Assembly: GCA_045563015.1 (NCBI GenBank)
Contig: JBJKUQ010000014.1
Span: 11,433-75,432, forward strand
Direction of reading: 5' to 3'
DNA from: Alphaproteobacteria bacterium
GTDB taxonomy: Bacteria; Pseudomonadota; Alphaproteobacteria; Methylaequorales; Methylaequoraceae
Length of the DNA stretch: 64,000 bases
Below the pieces are notes generated by a model. That model did no database searches, was not told the DNA's origin, and saw nothing but the letters and a program-made list of their open reading frames with translations. Of this stretch, positions 15,867 to 25,388 are shown in pieces. Positions within the stretch are counted from its first letter, which is position 1. The number at the start of each line of letters is the position of its first letter. Made by a program: the position numbers and the translations under genes.

Positions 15867-17969
15867 ATGGTAAGAAAAAATAAAAATAATATTAAAAAAA
15901 GTCCCCAAAGATTTATTAACAGAGAATTATCCTGGTTGAGTTTTAATGAAAGAGTTCTACAAGAAGCCCAAAATAACAACAACCCTATTCTTGAGAGATT
16001 AAGATTTTTGTCCATTTCGGGAAATAATTTAGATGAGTTTCACATGGTAAGAGTTGCCGGTTTATTTAGGCAACTCAAAAAAAAAATTTTTATCCGAACC
16101 TCAGATGGACGGACTACTAGACAGCAATACCAAGATGTTGCTAAATCTATGAAAGTAATTCTAAAAAAACAACAATTAGTCTTATCTGATTTGAGGAAGA
16201 AGTTAGAGAAAGAAAAAATAAGAATCATTGATTCCCCAAAAAATATAAAAAAAAAACGTGATATAGTTAATAAAATCTTTGAGAAAAAAATCTTTTCAAC
16301 ACTAACACCTTTAGCAATTGATCCTGCACATCCTTTTCCGTTCTTACCAAATCTGAGTTTGAGTTTAGTTTGCTCATTAAAAAATAAAGCTGGGAAAACT
16401 ACTTATTCTTTGGTTATTTTACCTCCCAAGTTAAAAAGATTTTTTAAAATAAGTAAAAAAGAAGATAGTTTCGTAAGCTCTGAAAATATAATCAAACAAA
16501 ATTTAGAATCTATTTTTCCTGATTATGAACTAGCTCAATATACTTTTATCAGAATAATCAGAGATAGTGATATAGAATTCGAAGAGGAGGCTGAGGATCT
16601 TCTTCTATCATTCGAAACAGCATTAAAAAAAAGACGTCGTGGTGAGGTTGTTGGTTTATACGTTCAAGGAAGAGTAGAGAAGAAATTACTAAACTTTCTA
16701 AGAAAATCTTTAAAAGTTAAAGATGAAAGTATTTTTCGCTTAAAATCAATTTTAGATGTTAGTTCTCTTAATGAACTTATTGATGAAAAAAAATTATCCC
16801 TTTGCTTCAAACCTTTTAAATCAAGATACCCACAAAGAATATTAGATTTTAATGGAAAATGTTTTTCTGCCATTAAAAAAAAGGATATACTTATACATCA
16901 TCCATTTGAAAGTTTTGATGTTGTAGTAGACTTTTTACAACAGGCATCAAAAGATCCTAAGGTTATTTCAATAAAACAAACTCTTTACAGAACTAGTTCT
17001 GAATCACCAATTATCGAGGCATTAAAGACAGCATCAAATAATGGGAAGTCTGTAACAGCAGTAGTTGAATTAAAAGCAAGGTTTGATGAAGAAAAAAATC
17101 TAAAATGGGCGAAGGATCTTGAAAGATCAGGGGTAAGCATTGTTTATGGTTTTCTCAAATGGAAAACACATGCAAAAATTTCTTTGATTTCAAGACAAGA
17201 AGGTGATGATATAACCTCTTATGTTCATTTTGGAACTGGAAATTATCATCCGATTACAGCTAAAATTTATACAGACCTATCGTATTTTTCTTGTAACGAA
17301 GAGTTGGTGAATGATGCCTTAAAAATTTTTAATTTTATTACAGGTTATACAAAACCTCAAAAAATGCAGTTAATTTCATATTCGCCAACTTTACTTAGAA
17401 ACTTTATGATAGAGCTCATTGATAACGAAATAATTAACTCAAGGAAAAAATTGCCAGCAGAAATTTGGATTAAAGTTAATTCATTAATTGATGATGAAAT
17501 GATCGATAAACTTTATGAAGCCTCTCAAGCAGGAGTAAAAATTTTTCTTATAGTTAGAGGAATATGTGGTTTACGTCCTGGTGTTAAAAATTTATCTGAA
17601 AATATTTTTGTTAAAAGTTTGATAGGTAGATTTTTAGAACACAGTCGAATATATTGCTTTGCAAATGGGAAAAAAATGCCTGATAAACAAAATAAAATTT
17701 TCATCTCATCTGCTGATATGATGACAAGAAATCTCGATAGGCGAGTCGAAACCTTTATTCCAATTATCAATAATACTGTTCATAAGCAAGTTTTAGAGCA
17801 GATAATGACCAATTATTTAAAAGATAATGCAAACAGTTGGATTTTAGATCATAATGGAGTATATAAAAAAATAAAAAAAGGTAGTGTTTTTTCTACATAT
17901 AATTTTTTTATAAATAACCCGTCATTATCTGGTAGAGGTTCACACTTACAAACAAATGAAAAAAAATAA
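15867..17969 (+). CDS. ppk: Polyphosphate kinase 1
   Basis: 700 aa. FINRELSWLSFNERVLQEA N-terminus, two PLD-like HxK regions (..KTHAKISLI..). Confidence 0.95.
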   Translation: MVRKNKNNIKKSPQRFINRELSWLSFNERVLQEAQNNNNPILERLRFLSISGNNLDEFHMVRVAGLFRQLKKKIFIRTSDGRTTRQQYQDVAKSMKVILKKQQLVLSDLRKKLEKEKIRIIDSPKNIKKKRDIVNKIFEKKIFSTLTPLAIDPAHPFPFLPNLSLSLVCSLKNKAGKTTYSLVILPPKLKRFFKISKKEDSFVSSENIIKQNLESIFPDYELAQYTFIRIIRDSDIEFEEEAEDLLLSFETALKKRRRGEVVGLYVQGRVEKKLLNFLRKSLKVKDESIFRLKSILDVSSLNELIDEKKLSLCFKPFKSRYPQRILDFNGKCFSAIKKKDILIHHPFESFDVVVDFLQQASKDPKVISIKQTLYRTSSESPIIEALKTASNNGKSVTAVVELKARFDEEKNLKWAKDLERSGVSIVYGFLKWKTHAKISLISRQEGDDITSYVHFGTGNYHPITAKIYTDLSYFSCNEELVNDALKIFNFITGYTKPQKMQLISYSPTLLRNFMIELIDNEIINSRKKLPAEIWIKVNSLIDDEMIDKLYEASQAGVKIFLIVRGICGLRPGVKNLSENIFVKSLIGRFLEHSRIYCFANGKKMPDKQNKIFISSADMMTRNLDRRVETFIPIINNTVHKQVLEQIMTNYLKDNANSWILDHNGVYKKIKKGSVFSTYNFFINNPSLSGRGSHLQTNEKK

Positions 17970-19401
17970 ATCTCCTTTTGCTGTTATAGACATTGGCTCA
18001 TCTTCAGTTAGATTAGTTATCTTTGACTCAGTTAGTTATTCAGCAAATACAGTTTTCAACGAAAAGGTAATTATGAATTTAGGAAAAATTATATGTTCTA
18101 ATCGATCTTTTTCAAAAAAAATGATTGAGGAGTTAATTATTGTTTTAAAAAGATTTTTTGAGATTTCAAAAAACATAAAGAAAAAAAATATCATTGTTTT
18201 TGGATCTGCAGCTGTAAGAATAGCAAAAAATAAGCAAATATTGGTAAACTTAATTTTAAAAAAATTTGGAATTCGATTAAAAGTTTTAAGTGAAAAGGAA
18301 GAAGGCCTTCTCGCTGCAAAAGGATTATTTTTTTCAAGAAATATAGTTAATGGATTAGTTGGAGACTTTGGTGGAGGAAGCCTAGAATTAGTTAAAGTAA
18401 AAAAAAGAGACCAATCAGAATTTCTTGGGTCATCAAATTTAGGTCATGTAGTACTTCAAGGTTTAGGTCAGCCAGATGGAGTCGTTATTTCAAATTTTAT
18501 AGATAGAAATTTAAAAAAAATTGAATCTAAAAACTTTGAGAATTTCTATGCAATAGGTGGGTCCTTTAGGGCATTAGCAAAAATTCACATGCATATCGAA
18601 AATGATGATATTAAAATAATTCAAGACTACTCCGCTAATGCTGAAAATTTTATTCATTCAATCAGAAAAGTAATGTTCAAAGGGGGTACAATTAACGAAA
18701 ATTTCCTAAAAAAAATTTCCAAGTCTAGGTGTCAGATAATTCCTTACAGCTTTGTTATTTTAGAAAAAATTGTAAAAAAATTTAAAATTAAAAATATCTA
18801 TTTTACAAATACAGGAATAAGAGAAGGAATACTTTACGAAAACATAAGTGAAAAGGAAAGTGATCCCTTTTTTTTACAGGTTAAGAAAATTTCAAATTCA
18901 GCTAAGACTAAGAATGTAAAAAAAATTTTCGACTGGGTAAAATCATTTGATGGTAACATAAAATTATGCGACAGAATTGTCAAAGCAGCTTGTTGGTTGA
19001 TGAATATAGGATCCAACATTCATCCAGAGCATAGACGTGTTTTTGCATTAGAAGAGATTCTATATTATCCATTCAATCATTTAGAAAGAAAAGATAGGTA
19101 TCTTTTATCTTTAATTCTTTATTTCAGATATTCAAACTCTATTAAAGATAAATTTGTAACAACTTACACAAGCAAAGTTTCACCTCGTGAATTGGAAAGT
19201 TGTAAAGTTCTTGGGCAGTTGCTTAGAATAGTCCATCATTTGACTGGAAGACTAAACTACAAAGTTCTTAAGCTTTGTAAAATTAGTATGACAAAAAAAA
19301 ATAAAGTATCCTTGAAAATTAACAAAGATCCGCATTTAGTTTTCAGTCAATCTCTCAATAGGGGAATTGAAAATATATCTAATATATACAAAAATAATTA
19401 A
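17956..19401 (+). CDS. ppx: Exopolyphosphatase (Ppx/GppA family)
   Basis: 481 aa. ASKHA N-terminus AVIDIGSSSVRLVIF, GDFGGGSLEL, C-terminal HD-like region. Overlaps ppk by 14 nt. Confidence 0.85.
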   Translation: MKKNKSPFAVIDIGSSSVRLVIFDSVSYSANTVFNEKVIMNLGKIICSNRSFSKKMIEELIIVLKRFFEISKNIKKKNIIVFGSAAVRIAKNKQILVNLILKKFGIRLKVLSEKEEGLLAAKGLFFSRNIVNGLVGDFGGGSLELVKVKKRDQSEFLGSSNLGHVVLQGLGQPDGVVISNFIDRNLKKIESKNFENFYAIGGSFRALAKIHMHIENDDIKIIQDYSANAENFIHSIRKVMFKGGTINENFLKKISKSRCQIIPYSFVILEKIVKKFKIKNIYFTNTGIREGILYENISEKESDPFFLQVKKISNSAKTKNVKKIFDWVKSFDGNIKLCDRIVKAACWLMNIGSNIHPEHRRVFALEEILYYPFNHLERKDRYLLSLILYFRYSNSIKDKFVTTYTSKVSPRELESCKVLGQLLRIVHHLTGRLNYKVLKLCKISMTKKNKVSLKINKDPHLVFSQSLNRGIENISNIYKNN

Positions 19402-19412
19402 AAATAAAATTA

Positions 19413-19440
19413 TGTCATAAAACTGTAACAATTCTGTAAT
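19413..19440 (+). promoter_or_regulatory. Pho box (three phased direct repeats) upstream of pstS
   Basis: TGTCATaaaacTGTAACaattcTGTAAT: hexamer starts at 19413, 19424 and 19435, exactly 11 bp apart, about 60 bp upstream of pstS. Confidence 0.75.
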
Positions 19441-19501
19441 ATTTATTTCCTTATTATCTCTTATCTTTATATCTTAACTTTTCAACAAAGAGAGGAAAAT
19501 A

Positions 19502-20554
19502 ATGAAAAAAACTATGTTAGTCGCAGCTGCTCTGACTATTGGTTTATCTAGCCAGGTCAGTTCACGTGATCAAATTAAAATCGTTGGGTCTTCAACGGTA
19601 TATCCTTTTGCAACAGTTGTTGCTGAAAGATTTGGAAAAACAAGTGGTTTTAAAACGCCAGTAATTGAGTCAACTGGCTCAGGGGGCGGATTAAAGCTTT
19701 TTTGTGCTGGATTAGGTACTGAACATCCAGATATAACTAATGCTTCTAGAAGAATAAAAATGAAAGAAGTAAAGAAATGTACTGAAAATGGTGTTACCGA
19801 CATTACTGAAATTAAAGTTGGTTTTGATGGTATTGCAATGGCAAATGCCAAATCTGCACCAATGTTAGAGCTAACTTTAAAAGATGTTTACTTAGCTTTA
19901 GCAAAGGATGTTCCAGCTGACCCTGAAGGAAACACAGTTAAACCTAACCCATACAAAATGTGGAATGAAGTTAACCCAGCTCTTCCTGCCAAGCCTATTG
20001 TAGTTATTGGACCGCCTCCAACTTCTGGAACGCGAGATGCTTTTAACGAGCTTGCTATCGAAAGAGGCTGTAAAAAGTTTCCTGGAAGAAAAGCTTTAAA
20101 AAAAACTAACAAAAAACTTTATAAACAGCAGTGTAGAAGCGTTAGGGAAGATGGTCCATTCGTTGAGGCTGGTGAAAATGATAATTTAATCATTGAAAAA
20201 TTAGTTGCTGACCCAAACGCATTAGGAGTTTTTGGTTATTCTTTTTTAGATCAAAATAGAGATAAAGTGAAAGCCGCCAAGGTTGATGGCGTTTTTCCTG
20301 AATTTGAAGCAATCTCCTCTGGAAAGTATCCTGTTTCGAGATCTTTATTCTTTTATGTAAAAAATGCTCATGCATCTGTTATTCCAGGTGTTAAAGAATA
20401 TGTAAGAGAATTTACTGCAAGCAAGACAATAGGAAACGACGGTTATTTAGTCCCCAAAGGTCTAATACCACTCCCAGAAGGTGAAAGAGCAAAATTTGAA
20501 CAAGATGGTAAATCTTTGGCAAAATTTGACGCTAAAGCTCTTCAGAAGAAGTAA
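19502..20554 (+). CDS. pstS: Phosphate ABC transporter substrate-binding protein
   Basis: 350 aa. Signal peptide, IKIVGSSTVYPF, ESTGSGGG, TSGTRD motifs. Strong SD AGAGAGGAAA. Confidence 0.9.
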   Translation: MKKTMLVAAALTIGLSSQVSSRDQIKIVGSSTVYPFATVVAERFGKTSGFKTPVIESTGSGGGLKLFCAGLGTEHPDITNASRRIKMKEVKKCTENGVTDITEIKVGFDGIAMANAKSAPMLELTLKDVYLALAKDVPADPEGNTVKPNPYKMWNEVNPALPAKPIVVIGPPPTSGTRDAFNELAIERGCKKFPGRKALKKTNKKLYKQQCRSVREDGPFVEAGENDNLIIEKLVADPNALGVFGYSFLDQNRDKVKAAKVDGVFPEFEAISSGKYPVSRSLFFYVKNAHASVIPGVKEYVREFTASKTIGNDGYLVPKGLIPLPEGERAKFEQDGKSLAKFDAKALQKK

Positions 20555-20563
20555 GCTTTAAAT

Positions 20564-21949
20564 ATGGGGTTTTGGTCCTTTTTAATCATCTTTTGTTTTC
20601 TTAGCTTTTACATCCATTGGTATGGAACTACAAAAGCTCTTAAAATTAACGAAGAGATTACAAAAGGATCAAAACTACCTTCCCTCCCTTCTTATTATGG
20701 AACATATTCATTTTTGTGGTTGTTGTTACCCAGTTTAATAATACTTATTTGTTGGTTTTTTTTTAAACCTTACATAATTGACATCTTCCTTAAAGAATTT
20801 ATTCCACTAAGCCTTGTTGATAACTTCCAAGGCAACCCATCGATGCTTATCGATACAATCAAAGCTACAAACCCAGAAAAAGTTTTTCCAGGAACTAACC
20901 CTTTAATTATTGATTCCGCAGTTTATTATCAGACATTAAAAACTAGTTCTGATTCATATGTTTTTCTTTTAGTACTCGTTATAGGTTTAATTTCAAGTTT
21001 GGTTTCACTAAGAAAAGTCTCTACTTTTTTCAGGGCACGTCAAGCAGTTGAAAAAACAAATATAAACCTTTTAATTTTTTGTTCAGTAATTGCAATTATT
21101 ACAACTGTAGGAATTATTTTTTCATTAATTTTTGAGGCCATTAGATTTTTTGAAAGAGTCCCTTTTTTTGATTTTTTATTTGGTTTAAGCTGGAGCCCTC
21201 AAACTGCTATTAGAGAAGATCAGATAGCAAGCCAGGGTTCATTCGGAGCTGTACCAATTTTCACAGGAACACTTTTAATTACCTTAGTTGCAATGGCTGT
21301 TGCTATCCCTGTTGGTCTTCTATCAGCAATTTATCTGGCAGAATACGCCAGACCAACTGTAAGAAAAACCTTCAAGCCAATTCTTGAAATATTAGCTGGA
21401 GTTCCAACAGTCGTTTACGGTTTTTTTGCTGCAATAACGGTTGGTCCATTTTTGAAGGATTTTGTTTCATCTTTAGGGTTATCGATGGCTTCAGAAAGTG
21501 CATTGGCAGCAGGAGGAGTTATGGGAATAATGATTATCCCGTTTATTTCTTCATTATCAGACGATGTAATAACATCTGTTCCGATGTCACTTAGAGACGG
21601 GTCATATGCTATGGGTGCTACTAAATCAGAAACTATTAAAAAAGTTATTTTACCTGCTGCACTCCCAGGAATAGTAGGAGCAATTTTATTAGCAATTTCA
21701 CGTGCAATTGGCGAAACAATGATTGTTGTTATGGCTGCAGGAATTGCAGCAAATCTTACTGCAAACCCTTTAGAGGCAGTAACCACTGTAACTGTACAAA
21801 TTGTAACGCTATTAGTAGGCGACCAAGAATTTGATAGTGCAAAAACCCTCGCTGCATTTGCTCTCGGAATAACTTTATTTTTTGTAACTCTGTTATTGAA
21901 TTTATATGCACTAAAAATTGTCCAGAAATACAGAGAAAGATATGAGTAA
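20564..21949 (+). CDS. pstC: Phosphate ABC transporter permease PstC (long form)
   Basis: 461 aa, polytopic. ABC permease loop ..SRAIGETMIV... Confidence 0.9.
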   Translation: MGFWSFLIIFCFLSFYIHWYGTTKALKINEEITKGSKLPSLPSYYGTYSFLWLLLPSLIILICWFFFKPYIIDIFLKEFIPLSLVDNFQGNPSMLIDTIKATNPEKVFPGTNPLIIDSAVYYQTLKTSSDSYVFLLVLVIGLISSLVSLRKVSTFFRARQAVEKTNINLLIFCSVIAIITTVGIIFSLIFEAIRFFERVPFFDFLFGLSWSPQTAIREDQIASQGSFGAVPIFTGTLLITLVAMAVAIPVGLLSAIYLAEYARPTVRKTFKPILEILAGVPTVVYGFFAAITVGPFLKDFVSSLGLSMASESALAAGGVMGIMIIPFISSLSDDVITSVPMSLRDGSYAMGATKSETIKKVILPAALPGIVGAILLAISRAIGETMIVVMAAGIAANLTANPLEAVTTVTVQIVTLLVGDQEFDSAKTLAAFALGITLFFVTLLLNLYALKIVQKYRERYE

Positions 21950-23219
21950 AAACACTGAATTAATAAGTAAATCGCTTGAAAAAAGGCATAGAAAAGAAAA
22001 AAGATTTAGATTTTTTGGAATTCTAGGAATTGGTACTGCTGTTATATTTTTAGTAACGATTCTGTCTTCAATTTTCATAGAAGGAAAAAGTGCATTCAAA
22101 AGTACTTTTATACAATTAGAGATTAATTTTGACCAAGAAATCATTGATCCCAACAAAACCAATAACCCCGAAGAATTTAAGTTTGCGAATTATAAATTAT
22201 TAATAAATGATGGTTTAAAAAACTATTTTCCCGAAGTAAAAGATAGAAAAACTTTCAGGGATCTTTCTGTTTTTATTTCATCAGCAGCAGAGCAAAATCT
22301 TATGAAGCTTGCTATGGAAAATATTGAAATTATTGGAGAATCAAAAAAAATTTGGTTATTAGCATCATCTACAATTGATGTTATCCATAAAAACCCTCAG
22401 ATGGAAAATTTTTTAGAAGAAGATAGATTGATAAATAACATTCAAATGAGCTGGTTTAATGCCTTGAAGAAAAATGGAGATATAAAATTTGGGTTAAATA
22501 CGAATTTCTTGTCAAATGCAGACTCAACAGAACCTGAGCAAGCAGGTATTCTAGGGTCAATGTTAGGTTCTTTTTTTACATTACTTGTTACATTATTATT
22601 ATGTTTTCCTGTTGCTGTCGCCTCGGGTGTGTTCTTAGAAGAACTAGCTCCCAAAAATAAATTTACAGACTTTATTGAAATTAATATCAATAATCTTGCG
22701 GCAGTTCCTTCAATAATTTTTGGGCTTTTGGGCTTAGCTATTTTTTTAAACGTAATGCATTTACCAAGATCAGCTCCAATTGTAGGAGGGATGGTTCTGG
22801 CTCTCATGACCTTACCAACAATTATTATTTCTACAAGAGCATCACTAAAAGCTGTTCCCCCTTCAATCAGAGAAGCGGCTATTGGACTAGGTGCAACAAA
22901 ATTCCAAGCAGTAATTCATCACGTTTTACCACAATCTATGCCTGGAATACTTACAGGAACCATTATTGGTATGTCACAAGCCTTAGGGGAGTCAGCTCCT
23001 CTTTTAATGATAGGTATGGTTGCCTTTATTGTAGATATTCCAGGATCTTTTACTGATTCAGCTACAGTTCTACCAGTTCAAATTTACTTATGGAAAAGTA
23101 CTGCAGCTAGAGGTTTTGTGGAACTAACAGCAGCTGGAATAATGGTTCTTTTGACATTTTTAATAATTATGAATAGTGTAGCAGTTTTTGTTAGACAAAA
23201 GTTTGAAAAGAAATGGTAG
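21942..23219 (+). CDS. pstA: Phosphate ABC transporter permease PstA (long form)
   Basis: Track ORF starts at a TTG at 21918. The ATG at 21942 (MSKNTELI...), overlapping pstC by 8 nt, is more likely. Permease loop ..[14 protein letters not shown]... Confidence 0.9.
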   Translation: MSKNTELISKSLEKRHRKEKRFRFFGILGIGTAVIFLVTILSSIFIEGKSAFKSTFIQLEINFDQEIIDPNKTNNPEEFKFANYKLLINDGLKNYFPEVKDRKTFRDLSVFISSAAEQNLMKLAMENIEIIGESKKIWLLASSTIDVIHKNPQMENFLEEDRLINNIQMSWFNALKKNGDIKFGLNTNFLSNADSTEPEQAGILGSMLGSFFTLLVTLLLCFPVAVASGVFLEELAPKNKFTDFIEININNLAAVPSIIFGLLGLAIFLNVMHLPRSAPIVGGMVLALMTLPTIIISTRASLKAVPPSIREAAIGLGATKFQAVIHHVLPQSMPGILTGTIIGMSQALGESAPLLMIGMVAFIVDIPGSFTDSATVLPVQIYLWKSTAARGFVELTAAGIMVLLTFLIIMNSVAVFVRQKFEKKW

Positions 23220-23991
23220 TAACATCGTGAAAGAAACTGTCAAAATTAAGAGCAAAAAACTTAATGTTTTTTATGGAGAAAATAAAGCTCTTTCTAACAT
23301 AAACTTGGAAATTCCTGAAAGAAAAGTAACATCTCTTATCGGTCCTAGTGGATGCGGTAAGTCCACTTTTCTTCGTTGTCTTAATAGAATGAATGATAGC
23401 ATTGAAATATGTAAGATAGAGGGTCAAATCTTTGTAGACGAACAAAATATATATGAAAAAAACCTTGATCCAGTTTTACTGAGAGCAAGAATTGGTATGG
23501 TTTTTCAGAAACCCAACCCTTTCCCGAAATCAATTTTTGAAAATGTAGCCTACGGGCCAAAAATACATGGGTTAACAAACAGTGGGGATGAACTTAGTAA
23601 ATTAGTCGAAGTAAGCTTAAAGAAAGCAGGTCTTTATGATGAGGTAAAAGATAGAATAGATGAACCTGGAACATCTTTGTCCGGTGGACAACAGCAACGA
23701 TTATGCATTGCAAGAGCTATTGCTGTTAGCCCTGAGGTAATCCTCATGGATGAACCTTGCTCTGCTCTTGATCCGATAGCAACAGCTAAAATCGAAGAGC
23801 TAATTGACGAATTATCAAAAAATTATACAATTGTAATAGTGACTCACTCAATGCAACAAGCAGCAAGAGTGTCCAACCAAACTGCTTTTTTTCACATGGG
23901 TAGTCTTATAGAAGTTGGAAAAACCGATGAGGTTTTCTCAATGCCTAAGGAAAAAAAGACCCAGGACTACATAACAGGAAAGATAGGTTAA
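23188..23991 (+). CDS. pstB: Phosphate ABC transporter ATP-binding protein
   Basis: Walker [10 protein letters not shown], signature LSGGQQQRL, Walker B ILMDEP. The track start is a TTG at 23188. The GTG at 23227, 8 nt after the pstA stop, is an equally plausible start. Confidence 0.95.
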   Translation: MLDKSLKRNGSNIVKETVKIKSKKLNVFYGENKALSNINLEIPERKVTSLIGPSGCGKSTFLRCLNRMNDSIEICKIEGQIFVDEQNIYEKNLDPVLLRARIGMVFQKPNPFPKSIFENVAYGPKIHGLTNSGDELSKLVEVSLKKAGLYDEVKDRIDEPGTSLSGGQQQRLCIARAIAVSPEVILMDEPCSALDPIATAKIEELIDELSKNYTIVIVTHSMQQAARVSNQTAFFHMGSLIEVGKTDEVFSMPKEKKTQDYITGKIG

Positions 23992-23992
23992 A

Positions 23993-24652
23993 ATGAAAGA
24001 ACACATTGTTTCAACTTATGACGAAGATCTAAGTTTACTCAAATCAAACTTGATTGAAATGGGTTTGAATTGTGAAAAACAGTTATTCAATGCAATAAAT
24101 ATCACTAGAATAATTAGTATAGAAAAAGCCAATGAAATCATTAAGAATGATCATGAGATTGATATTCAAGAAAGAAAAATAAGAGAGCTTGCAACAACAA
24201 CCCTTAGTAAAAGGCAGCCTCTTGCAGACGATCTTAGAAGAATAATAATTGCACTTAAAATCTCTAGTATTTTAGAAAGAATAGGAGATCATGCCTCAAA
24301 TATTGCAGGTAGGATTCTTCATGTAAAAAAAGCTCCTGAAAGCTATTTAACAGATTCAATATTTCAATTGGGTAAATTGGTTATAAAAAATTTTTCAAAC
24401 GCCTTAAGTTCATACGATCAAGAGTCACAAAAAATTGCTCAGATTGTCCCCACAGAAGATATTACAATTAATTCTGTCTATGAAACTTGTTTTAGAGAAC
24501 ATTTGCACTTAATGATGGAAGAGCCAAAGATTATAGGTTTTTGTACCCAAATGTTATTTATTGCCAAAGAGCTAGAGAGAATTGGAGACTTATCAAAAGT
24601 TATTTCGAAAGAAGTAATTTACAACTTAAAGGGTAAGTTAGTAAAAAGATGA
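23993..24652 (+). CDS. phoU: Phosphate signalling accessory protein PhoU
   Basis: 219 aa. Two PhoU repeats (..ERIGDHASNIA.., ..ERIGDLSKVI..). Confidence 0.9.
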   Translation: MKEHIVSTYDEDLSLLKSNLIEMGLNCEKQLFNAINITRIISIEKANEIIKNDHEIDIQERKIRELATTTLSKRQPLADDLRRIIIALKISSILERIGDHASNIAGRILHVKKAPESYLTDSIFQLGKLVIKNFSNALSSYDQESQKIAQIVPTEDITINSVYETCFREHLHLMMEEPKIIGFCTQMLFIAKELERIGDLSKVISKEVIYNLKGKLVKR

Positions 24653-25338
24653 GTGAGAAAAAAAGAATTTTAGTAGTTGAAGATGACACAGCTTTACTTC
24701 CTATGATTTCTTATAATCTTCAAAAAAACGGGTTTTCAGTTAAAGAAGCAACTAATGGCGAAGAAGCCTTGTTACTTGTAAAAGAAGAAATACCATCATT
24801 AGCTATAATTGATTGGATGATTCCTGCTCCTTCAGGGTTAGAAGTTTGCAGAATATTGAGAAGAAAAAAAGAAACTTCATCTATTCCAATTATTATTCTT
24901 TCGGCAAAAGGTGAAGAAGAAGATAAGATACGTGGCCTGGATACGGGAGCTGACGATTACATAACAAAGCCATTTAGCCCAGCTGAATTAGTTGCAAGAA
25001 TTAACTCTCTATTAAGAAGATCATCTTCCAATTCAACTGAAATAATTGAGTTTCAAGACATATCAATAAATCTTAACGAACATAAAGTTTACAGAGGTGA
25101 AAAAAAGATTCACCTAGGCCCAACAGAATATAAACTTTTAAAACATTTAATGGAAAATCCAGGAAGAGTATATTCACGAGAACAACTTTTGGATTCTGTC
25201 TGGGGTCATGGTATTTATGTTGAATCGAGAACAGTTGATACTCACATAAGACGACTTAGAAAAGCCATTAATACAAAAGGTACAAAAAACTTTATACGTA
25301 CAGTTCGCGCAGCAGGATACTCCATAGACTACGAATAA
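24649..25338 (+). CDS. phoB: Phosphate regulon response regulator PhoB (OmpR family)
   Basis: 229 aa. Receiver ILVVEDD...IIDWMIP...LSAKG...KPF, winged helix ..RTVDTHIRRLRKAI.. ATGA overlap with phoU. Confidence 0.9.
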   Translation: MSEKKRILVVEDDTALLPMISYNLQKNGFSVKEATNGEEALLLVKEEIPSLAIIDWMIPAPSGLEVCRILRRKKETSSIPIIILSAKGEEEDKIRGLDTGADDYITKPFSPAELVARINSLLRRSSSNSTEIIEFQDISINLNEHKVYRGEKKIHLGPTEYKLLKHLMENPGRVYSREQLLDSVWGHGIYVESRTVDTHIRRLRKAINTKGTKNFIRTVRAAGYSIDYE

Positions 25339-25388
25339 AATCTTTGTTCTAATCTTGTTAAAAAAACATTGTAACTTATTATGAGAAA

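Noticed and set aside
21415-21786. Antisense ORFs of 100+ aa inside well-supported genes (this one in pstC; also 22442-22807, 31667-32026, 52403-52762, 57455-57814, 26258-26737, 4192-4563)
   Set aside because: All lie opposite genes with strong family motifs. They are typical shadow frames, most visible in the locally more GC-rich genes.
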